Source of the DNA: a virus
Lineage: Duplodnaviria; Caudoviricetes
Reading direction: 5' to 3' (one strand)
IMG/VR virus record: IMGVR_UViG_3300002053_000024
Location: 1 to 52,837 of that record
DNA length: 52,837 nucleotides
Of the stretch, positions 45,898 through 52,837 are shown in pieces; the stretch's first letter is position 1, and every line of letters begins with the position of its first letter. The notes under the pieces were generated by a model that saw only the letters and a list, made by a program, of their open reading frames with translations, had not been told where the DNA came from and ran no database searches. The position numbers and the translations under genes were made by a program.

Positions 45898-46508
45898 TAG
45901 TCCACCCTTTCTACTTTTGAAATTCCATCATGCGTTACAATATACTTTGTATCCGCCATTGATGCAAGTTCGCTTTCGTGCGTAACTACTATCAATTGCA
46001 CGCCTAACCGGTCGGCGATTTCCCTTAACACGTTACCGGCGCGTTCCAATAGTAAACCTTTTCCGACAAACTTCATTGGTTCGTCGAGAATAAATAGGTT
46101 ACGCGCTTTCGGATTTTCGATAGACCAAAGAACAACCCGCATAGCAAAAGAAGTAATATCAATGATACCGCCGCCCACGTCTTCTTTAGGGATATATTCT
46201 TTATCCCCTTCCATTATCCTTGGCGTACATTCAACCCGTCCGCGCTTGCGTTCGAATTGCAAATCGAAAGTAAATGGACGGTCGAATATGGAAGAAATTG
46301 CTAACGTTACCAAAGCATCTACACGCGCTTTTAATTTTTCTTGCGTCAAACGAACTACTTCCGTTATTACCCATTGCGCTTTAATTAGGTTTTTTTCCTG
46401 TTCGCGCAGGCTTTCTTTTTTCAGAAGTAGTTTTTTCTTCGTATTCGTCAATATCGTCCGCTTCGAATACAAGGTGTCTATCCTTGATTGCATTGTCGAT
46501 AAATTCAT
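45897..46508 (-). CDS. sbcC: SbcC/Rad50-like ATPase, C-terminal half
   Basis: Coiled coil, signature-like VGGG, Walker B LFILDEP, H-loop VTHE; no Walker A. Confidence 0.8.
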   Translation of the reverse strand: MNLSTMQSRIDTLYSKRTILTNTKKKLLLKKESLREQEKNLIKAQWVITEVVRLTQEKLKARVDALVTLAISSIFDRPFTFDLQFERKRGRVECTPRIMEGDKEYIPKEDVGGGIIDITSFAMRVVLWSIENPKARNLFILDEPMKFVGKGLLLERAGNVLREIADRLGVQLIVVTHESELASMADTKYIVTHDGISKVERVD

Positions 46509-46860
46509 CTACGCGGCCTTTTACATAAACTTCATTGTTACGGGTATATTGTACTAAGGTTTCCATCATAACATATTGGCGCGCTTGCGTCATTTCGATT
46601 TCTACTTCAAGTTCTTTCAGTTCTTTTCTTATGGCGCGCATTTCTTCTTCGAACAATTGTTTTTGTACTTTCAATTTATCGCGCGCGTCCCTATGTTCTG
46701 AATGTGTTAGCGGTTCGGGGCGCGTAATAACCGTCATAGCAGTTAATCCCCCATAACCAATAATACTACCTACCAACGATCCGATAAGAACAGATATATA
46801 AATATGTTCTTCGATGAAATCGGAAAAAGAATTTTTCCATCTTCTAATAGTTCTAAACAT
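46381..46860 (-). CDS. Single-TM coiled-coil hypothetical protein
   Basis: Hydrophobic IYISVLIGSLVGSIIGYGGL followed by a coiled coil. Confidence 0.55.
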   Translation of the reverse strand: MFRTIRRWKNSFSDFIEEHIYISVLIGSLVGSIIGYGGLTAMTVITRPEPLTHSEHRDARDKLKVQKQLFEEEMRAIRKELKELEVEIEMTQARQYVMMETLVQYTRNNEVYVKGRVDEFIDNAIKDRHLVFEADDIDEYEEKTTSEKRKPARTGKKPN

Positions 46861-47104
46861 GGTTGTATTTCTCCAATTTTTTTTCTACAGAACGTAGCAA
46901 ATTTTTAGCGCGCTTCTCCAATTCCAAAACTTCGGCGGTAAGCTTCTTCTGCAATTTTTCTACTTCATCCAAAGAAGCCGAAACGCCAAATTCATTTTTA
47001 AGCGTTTCGGCTAATTCTTTCTTTTTGGATTCGTAGATAGCTTTGTTTGTTTTTAAATTATCGATTCTTTCTTTTATTTCAGCTATCCGTTGCGCGAAGT
47101 CCAT
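46853..47104 (-). CDS. Small coiled-coil protein
   Basis: Heptad-rich 83 aa in the SbcCD cluster. Confidence 0.65.
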   Translation of the reverse strand: MDFAQRIAEIKERIDNLKTNKAIYESKKKELAETLKNEFGVSASLDEVEKLQKKLTAEVLELEKRAKNLLRSVEKKLEKYNHV

Positions 47105-48038
47105 TTAATAACCTTTCCACTATTTTTACTACTTCCCGGTTCAAATTCTTTACTGTTTTCATGTATTCCGACAAGGCAACGTGTATATCAATAGTGGCGC
47201 TATCTACCTGTTGCATTGATTCCGTAAACTCCGTTAGCATCTGCGTTATTTCTTTATCCCGGTCTAAATGTTCGCGCGTCAATACTTGTTCTGCCGGTCG
47301 CACGTCTAACGGGATCGTATGAATTTTATTTGTAACGGTATCAAGTAATGCTACTATTGGTTGGTGATTGAACATATTCGCTTCGGCAGTATTTCGCATT
47401 AAAGGCCCGGTATTGATAATAGACCTTTCATATGCCCCGCCTTCGCCCGCCCGCAAATAAAAGTATTTGTGGATATCCCCACAAAGGATAACGTCATAGT
47501 CGGGGTGATTCTTTAAGAATTCCAACGCGGGCGTACAGGGGACGTGCGGAAAGTTTTCGGGCTTTTCCGTTATTCTGTCGTGAATAACAAGTATATTATA
47601 CATTTCCTTTCCATTTTCTTCTACTACTGGAACTTGTTCACCCCAACTTGCACCATATACGCGGACGCTTGCGCTATTGGAATACATACCGCCTAATAGC
47701 AAAGGTCTTTCGTGTAATAATGATACGTACCCCATGTTTAAAAGCGTGCTAACAACGTTAATGCTTTTGCGGTTGCGTTGATAAATATCGTGCTGTCCGA
47801 ATACAGTAGCGATATCTACGTTGCGGTGTCGAAGTAATGCTACCATTAAATTCAGATATTCCCATTCGCGCGCTTGGTCGCCGAAATCCCCTGCTATCAA
47901 TATTGGGGCATTGGCATCCTTGGCAATTTTTAACACCTGTCGGAACTTGTGTAGAAAGGTCGCCGAATAGTCTTCGTCGGTACGCGCAATCGGTCTTTTG
48001 GTCGTGCCGTGTACGTCCGATAAAAGAACAAGTTTCAT
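47079..48038 (-). CDS. sbcD: SbcD/Mre11-like metallophosphoesterase nuclease
   Basis: SDVH, AGDFGD, GQHD, GDIH motifs. Confidence 0.88.
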   Translation of the reverse strand: MKLVLLSDVHGTTKRPIARTDEDYSATFLHKFRQVLKIAKDANAPILIAGDFGDQAREWEYLNLMVALLRHRNVDIATVFGQHDIYQRNRKSINVVSTLLNMGYVSLLHERPLLLGGMYSNSASVRVYGASWGEQVPVVEENGKEMYNILVIHDRITEKPENFPHVPCTPALEFLKNHPDYDVILCGDIHKYFYLRAGEGGAYERSIINTGPLMRNTAEANMFNHQPIVALLDTVTNKIHTIPLDVRPAEQVLTREHLDRDKEITQMLTEFTESMQQVDSATIDIHVALSEYMKTVKNLNREVVKIVERLLNGLRATDS

Positions 48039-49123
48039 TTTGCTACCCCTTCCGCTATTATGTTTACGGTTTGTGTATCGATTTTTCTAAAACAAGTCGG
48101 ACAAATTTTATGTTCTTTCATAAGGGTAGTATAATCTTCGATTAGGGTTCCGATTTGTTCATTGGTGATTTGAAGTATGGATTCTTCCAGAAGATACGCT
48201 TCTATGGTATCAATTAGTCCCTTTTTCCGTTCAATTTGGCCTACCAGATGCCCAATTTCGGCTTTTTGGGGGTCTACGGCACGTAGGGTACTTGTAATTT
48301 CGGATAAGTCCGAATTTAAGCGTCTAAGCGCGTCGGCAGTTTGGATAGTATTTTGTTTCAAATCGAGTTCGTCGATAATCGCTTGGGCCTTTTTAAAACT
48401 GAAAACGACCTTCCGCAAATCTACATATATATATAATTTTTCTACTACCGCTTCCAATTCCCTTTTAAGCTTTTCAAGCTTTATCCATTTGCCGCTTGCG
48501 CGTTCGGATTCTGTTTTTGTTTTCTTAGCTTTTTCTAACGCGGATTTTACGTCGTCGAGTCCGTCCAGTTCGGATAGTTCTTCTTTTATTTCGTCTATGT
48601 CGTTATCAATCGTTTTAACGTCCCTTCGGGCATCACGAATAGCTGTCCCTAATTCAGATACCCACTTGTCGGCATCGTCGGCTTTGGTTATTCGATTTAT
48701 TGCCTTTGCTATTTCGCCGCCCGAAGACGTTATAAGAAAAGGGGCGTCAAGTTGTTTTTGCAAATTGATTTCGGAAATGTTTAGTACTTCTTTTACAAGA
48801 TCGGGAACATCTGTTCCGAATTTCGAAAATCGGTTTATGTTTCCTTCGGGGTCTTTTACAACGTAGGTGCTATTGTTTGCGGTCTTGCGAAGGGTTACGC
48901 GGTATCCTTCCATCGTTTCAATCGTAACGCTTGTAGGCTTGTCGGCGTCGTGTCGCTTGAATCTGAATCCGGTCGGTCTGTTTTCTACTACCCAACGAAG
49001 GGCGCGCAGAATAGCGGTCTTGCCTGTCATAGATCGACCGACAATCGCGTTAACTCCCGGCGTAAATACAATCTTGGTGTATTTATGACTTTGGAAGTTG
49101 CTTATCGCGATTTGCTTTAGCAC
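48035..49123 (-). CDS. sbcC: SbcC/Rad50-like ATPase, N-terminal half ending at the zinc hook
   Basis: NFQSH, Walker A GRSMTGKT, Q-loop QKQLD, coiled coil, CPTC hook. Confidence 0.85.
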   Translation of the reverse strand: MLKQIAISNFQSHKYTKIVFTPGVNAIVGRSMTGKTAILRALRWVVENRPTGFRFKRHDADKPTSVTIETMEGYRVTLRKTANNSTYVVKDPEGNINRFSKFGTDVPDLVKEVLNISEINLQKQLDAPFLITSSGGEIAKAINRITKADDADKWVSELGTAIRDARRDVKTIDNDIDEIKEELSELDGLDDVKSALEKAKKTKTESERASGKWIKLEKLKRELEAVVEKLYIYVDLRKVVFSFKKAQAIIDELDLKQNTIQTADALRRLNSDLSEITSTLRAVDPQKAEIGHLVGQIERKKGLIDTIEAYLLEESILQITNEQIGTLIEDYTTLMKEHKICPTCFRKIDTQTVNIIAEGVAK

Positions 49124-49289
49124 GTAACCCCATATATTCGTTAAGCTTGCTTGCAAGCCGCTTGCATAGCTGAATGTAAAGCCTTTTGGTTATTCCTACT
49201 TGTCCGTCGCCTATCAGAAAAGAATCCGACCACGTACGGTAGGTAAGACCGTCTTCGTAAATATCGATTGAAATTTTGACGTACGGCAT
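49083..49289 (-). CDS. Hypothetical protein
   Basis: GGGGGTAGTAAATG start. Confidence 0.65.
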   Translation of the reverse strand: MPYVKISIDIYEDGLTYRTWSDSFLIGDGQVGITKRLYIQLCKRLASKLNEYMGLRAKANRDKQLPKS

Positions 49290-49299
49290 TTACTACCCC

Positions 49300-49527
49300 C
49301 TATTCGGGTACGGCTTGCAATTGTCGTTTCTGCCCTTCACTTAAAACGATTTCCGCACCCAACCATGATCCTTTAGCAAAACATCGAAAGGCTTGATTTT
49401 TTGGTTCTACCAATAAAATCAAATCCCCATTTTGTGTTATAGCAAATGCTTTTGCTTCTTTAAATTCTTCATCAAGCGGAACAGTCAATCCATATGCCTT
49501 TGGGTCTAGCCTTACTTTTACTGCCAT
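49300..49527 (-). CDS. Hypothetical protein
   Basis: AAGGGGGA RBS. Confidence 0.65.
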   Translation of the reverse strand: MAVKVRLDPKAYGLTVPLDEEFKEAKAFAITQNGDLILLVEPKNQAFRCFAKGSWLGAEIVLSEGQKRQLQAVPE

Positions 49528-49536
49528 TGTTCCCCC

Positions 49537-49784
49537 TTAATGTGTACTACCTAATTTCGGGTTATCAATCAGTTTCAATTTGTCGGGGTCTGCCATATTG
49601 ACGATTTGTTGAATAGCTGCTATCAAACCATGTAGGTTCGTATGCGCTAATATCAAAAGTCCTGCGTAGATTTCCGCGCCACAATCGGTTTGAACGCGTC
49701 CAATAAAATATGTAGTTCTTTTTTGCAATGTCCGCAAATAACGGGTGGGCCTTTGTCGTGGTCTTTGATTATTTCGATTACCAT
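49537..49784 (-). pseudogene. Zinc-ribbon protein interrupted by a frameshift/deletion near 49690
   Basis: MVIEIIKDHDKGPPVICGHCKKELHILLDAFK (ATG 49784) continues in another frame as DCGAEIYAGLLILAH...; one Cys of the second CxxC is missing. Confidence 0.5.
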
Positions 49785-49785
49785 T

Positions 49786-50341
49786 TTACACCTTCCCCAT
49801 GCTTTCGGGCCTGCACCATTGGAAGAATTCATACAATGGTAGTATAACTAATGGATGCCCGCCCGCTTTGACTTTGATAAAATTTTTTTGATACGATGAA
49901 TGAAAAATTTTATTGTTCGTATATATCAAGTCGGCAAAAAATGTATAGGATATGATAATACAAGGTTCTTTGCGGTCGCGTTTAAATACGATCATGTACC
50001 GTTCGCGTTTAGCACGTCTGCGGATTTTGTTTACCTTCATCAACGGGGGGCGTATCCAAAAGGGATAGTAAAGATACCGTTCGTTTTTGATTTCTTTTTT
50101 TGGAATACCCGCGCTTTAATTCGATAACTACTTTATTGGTAAGAGGCTTGCCGATTTCGTGCATTGCCATTAAATCCCCGTAGCTATCCGCTGTCTGCAA
50201 GCCTGCTTTATGCCGCGTTGTCGCGCGTCCGCCGCTAGCATGGGTACGCCAAAAAATATCGTCGCGTTCGCTTTTTGTCCACCATAGGCTAAACGCGCGC
50301 GCCATATCCCTTTCGAATTCGCCCCCCTTTTTACTACTCAT
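49786..50341 (-). CDS. Holliday junction resolvase (PD-(D/E)xK), split by a frameshift near 50045
   Basis: KGGEFER..SGGRAT..GDL..IELKRGY in one frame; the expected C-terminal MIVFKRDR lies in the +1 frame. Confidence 0.7.
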
Positions 50342-50526
50342 TTTTTTATAATCCTGTTTAATTCGTCTTGGCATTTTTGACAAAGCCCGATTTCCTTATA
50401 TTCTGCATATTCTTCCGGTGTTTTGAATGTTAGCTTCGTCGCGCGCCCTTTGCAGGAAACACAAGTACTTGTTGCTTGGGCTGTCTTTACCGATCTACCA
50501 AAGAATTCTTTTGCTAAGTCTTCCAT
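50338..50526 (-). CDS. Small Cys4 zinc-binding protein
   Basis: CVSC..EY..IGLCQKCQD. Confidence 0.7.
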   Translation of the reverse strand: MEDLAKEFFGRSVKTAQATSTCVSCKGRATKLTFKTPEEYAEYKEIGLCQKCQDELNRIIKK

Positions 50527-50538
50527 TGCCTACCCCCT

Positions 50539-51387
50539 TCATAAGTCGAATTGTTTTTCCCATTTGGCAAACTGTTCTTCTTTTAAGTGATATACAAAAC
50601 GAAGCCGGTCGAACGTATCTATAAAAGCTTCGCGGTTAAATTTATTCTTGCGTTTCAAAATCCGCAGCGGTTTATCAAATGGAAGTTTTACTAACTTCAA
50701 AGTTGAATGGTAAATACTCCAACTGATTTTTATTTGTTGGTATGCTTTGCTATTCGGTTTTAATTCCCCCTTCCAAAACTTAATAGCAGTTTTTTCGCCA
50801 ACGCCGAAAACCCCTTTCAGATTATCGGAAGAACAACCGGCAATAGCTTTAACGTCCGCCCATTTGTCGGGGGTAATGTCGTATTCTTTTTTAAAAGCAG
50901 ACGCAGTATATACTTTTTTGGATTTCACTTTGTATATGCGTACGCGTGGTTGCAGGCATTGGTAAAGGTCTTCGTCGCTGCTAACAATGACGATATCGCG
51001 TTTGCCCGCGTATTGATTAACCAAATGTGCTATTAGATCGTCGGCTTCGAATCCGACCGACATAAACACATTGTTAAATCCAAGATTGGGTAGTATATCG
51101 CTTCGTAGTTCCATTACTTGACGGTGCAAATGTTCAAATAACCAAAGTTCTTCGTCGGTATATTCTTTTTCGTCGCGATTAGCTTTGTATGAAGGAAGAA
51201 TAAGTTTGCGCCAACTTTTCTTCGAATCGAAACAAAAAACAAGATCGTTGTCTTCGAATTTGGTAGCAATAGAAAGGACGTAATTCAAGAAACCAAACGT
51301 AACGCCGGTCGGAACGTCGTCGTTTGAAAGTTCGCCCATAGCATAATGCGCTATATAGCATAGGTTTGGCGCGTCTATCAATATCAT
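50539..51387 (-). CDS. 5'-3' exonuclease / flap endonuclease (T4 RNase H/T5 FEN-like)
   Basis: ILIDAPN, YKANR, GFEADDLI, SSDEDLYQ, GCSSDNLKGVFGVGEKTA. Confidence 0.93.
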   Translation of the reverse strand: MILIDAPNLCYIAHYAMGELSNDDVPTGVTFGFLNYVLSIATKFEDNDLVFCFDSKKSWRKLILPSYKANRDEKEYTDEELWLFEHLHRQVMELRSDILPNLGFNNVFMSVGFEADDLIAHLVNQYAGKRDIVIVSSDEDLYQCLQPRVRIYKVKSKKVYTASAFKKEYDITPDKWADVKAIAGCSSDNLKGVFGVGEKTAIKFWKGELKPNSKAYQQIKISWSIYHSTLKLVKLPFDKPLRILKRKNKFNREAFIDTFDRLRFVYHLKEEQFAKWEKQFDL

Positions 51388-52388
51388 ATGATTTCTTTCG
51401 GCTTGCGCGTCGTATTGAATTTCTTTGCAACTTCGCCCCAAGCTTCTACTACCATTTCGCGAATTTCGGATTCTAAATTGTTCCTTTCGATATATTCTAT
51501 AGCACGTTCAATCGGCCCAAATTTTTTTCGACCGAATTCGTAGCCTTTCGTTCCGCGTACTTCCTTCAACCATTGAAGGTTGGCGCGTATATCGTCAATG
51601 CCATATCCAAAGATTATGTATATCGGGGCGTACCGGTACGGTACGTCGATAGAAGATTTTACTATCGTCGCTTCGCTTATGATCCCTACAGGAAGCTTTA
51701 CCTTTTTGCTTCCTATTGCCCGTTCCCGGTAAATCTTGCTTTTGGGAAATCCTGCGGCTATTCGAATCCGCAATGACGAATAATACGGTATCGCCTTTCC
51801 ACCGGGAGTAGTAGTTCCCTTGGGGGTCATTCTTTCTTGATTGCTTGCGACTATCAACCATTTGTTGTTTGCTATTAATCGTGCGGTTTTGCGAAGTCCT
51901 TCGCTGAATTCCTTCGCGCGTTTCATTCCCATTTTGTCTTCGCTTTCCATTTCCATTTCCGTAGAAAGCGCCGCTAACGAATCTGCTGCTATCACATTAA
52001 TAGCACCTTTTCTGCTTCGCGGTTCCCATGTTATTATACGGTCGAACATTTCGCTTACAAGATCGGGGCGGTCGTAATCCTTAGCACTTAATTTAACCCC
52101 ATATATGCGGCAGTATTCTTTGTCAAGTCTGCTTTCGGGGTCTAAGAATTTAACCGCCCCGCCCCTTGCCTGCGCGCTTGCAGCAATAGAAGCTAACAAC
52201 GCGGTTTTGCCCGTACCGGTCGGGCCGAATATTTCTACTATGATTCCCCCCGGCAATCCGCCGTGCGGTGATTTGTTAGACGAAATAGCAAGGTCTAACA
52301 AAGTCGATCCGGTAGAAATCATTTTTCGAAATGAAGGCGGCTTCGGCGCATCTGGTACAGCGCACGTTCCGCGTTGCAGCTTCCGCAT
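51384..52388 (-). CDS. recA: RecA/UvsX-like recombinase
   Basis: ISTGSTLLDLAI..GGLPGG..EIFGPTGTGKT, FLDPE, ADSLAAL, NQ, TPGGKAIPYYSSLRI. Confidence 0.92.
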   Translation of the reverse strand: MRKLQRGTCAVPDAPKPPSFRKMISTGSTLLDLAISSNKSPHGGLPGGIIVEIFGPTGTGKTALLASIAASAQARGGAVKFLDPESRLDKEYCRIYGVKLSAKDYDRPDLVSEMFDRIITWEPRSRKGAINVIAADSLAALSTEMEMESEDKMGMKRAKEFSEGLRKTARLIANNKWLIVASNQERMTPKGTTTPGGKAIPYYSSLRIRIAAGFPKSKIYRERAIGSKKVKLPVGIISEATIVKSSIDVPYRYAPIYIIFGYGIDDIRANLQWLKEVRGTKGYEFGRKKFGPIERAIEYIERNNLESEIREMVVEAWGEVAKKFNTTRKPKEII

Positions 52389-52402
52389 TTTACTACCCCT
52401 TG

Positions 52403-52837
52403 TTATCTGCCGCGTCGAAGCGTCCGTTTGGGTTTACCGGACGTTCTAGGCTTCGGCTTTCTTCGGGTTTCCTTTGCCGCGTGTTCGGCTTCGGCGCATT
52501 GTTCCCAAATTTCGCATTGGTCGCAATCTTCTAGTTCGTTAGTATCTTTTCCGAATTCGCCCCCGGCAGGACAAACCAATTCCCCTTCGTCCCCGTCGTC
52601 GGGTTCCGGTTCCCCGTCGTCGGGTTCCGGTTCCCCTTCGTATCCTTCGTCGGGTTCCCCTTCGTCCCCGTCGTCGTAGTATTCTTCGCTTTCTTCGCCG
52701 CCCCGGTCGTCCCCTTCGTCGGGGTCTTCGCCCCAATATTCCCGGTAGATTTCATCATAAGAAAGAAATGCTACCAATTGGTCGAGTTGGTGCGCTTGTT
52801 CCAAAATATCGTCTTCTATCGTGTAGTCGCGTCCTTC
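52403..52837 (-). CDS. C-terminal part of a probable ssDNA-binding protein (acidic tail plus Cys4 motif); truncated by the window edge
   Basis: LSYDEI then a D/E/G/P-rich tract, CPAGGEFG..CDQC..WEQC; directly upstream of RecA. Confidence 0.55.
   Translation of the reverse strand, partial: EGRDYTIEDDILEQAHQLDQLVAFLSYDEIYREYWGEDPDEGDDRGGEESEEYYDDGDEGEPDEGYEGEPEPDDGEPEPDDGDEGELVCPAGGEFGKDTNELEDCDQCEIWEQCAEAEHAAKETRRKPKPRTSGKPKRTLRRGR
52590..52636 (+). repeat. 21-nt tandem repeat (about 2.2 copies) encoding EPEPDDG on the - strand
   Basis: TCCCCGTCGTCGGGTTCCGGT x2, plus degenerate copies extending to about 52720. Confidence 0.8.

Noticed and set aside
1-52837. Genome-wide TGA reassignment (code 4 or 25)
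   Set aside because: Long genes contain no in-frame TGA, and TGA terminates genes in ATGA overlaps (28283, 32359, 34927)
1-52837. tRNA (including tRNA-Sec), rRNA, integrase or transposase
   Set aside because: None recognised; intergenic gaps are short and show no cloverleaf that I can identify by eye

Overview
A 52.8-kb piece of a tailed dsDNA phage genome (Caudoviricetes, siphovirus-like: tail tube, chaperone pair and tape measure, no sheath gene seen). The + strand (1-45141) carries packaging, head and tail genes, a nine-gene glycan locus (glycosyltransferases, acetyltransferase, SqdB-like enzyme, sulfotransferase), Ser-rich modular virion proteins and small membrane/lipoprotein genes. The - strand (45138-52837) carries replication/recombination genes: split SbcC, SbcD, resolvase, 5'-3' exonuclease, RecA-like protein and an SSB-like C-terminus. 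Main observations: (1) two small basic ORFs missing from the ORF track (5662-5847, 6068-6250) each have a phage-type RBS, an in-frame TGA and one partner Cys. The second has a clear bacterial SECIS-like hairpin with a GGUC loop, so these are candidate phage selenoproteins. (2) Six probable virion proteins carry mucin-like poly-Ser/Thr tracts and flank the glycan locus, suggesting a phage-encoded O-glycosylated, possibly sulfated, virion coat. (3) The genome strongly avoids GAG/CTC, and even the RBS is GGGGGT. The exception is one ~800-bp domain cassette whose borders fall inside two poly-Ser linkers, which suggests the linkers act as recombination sites for domain swapping. All family assignments come from motif recognition by eye, not database searches.
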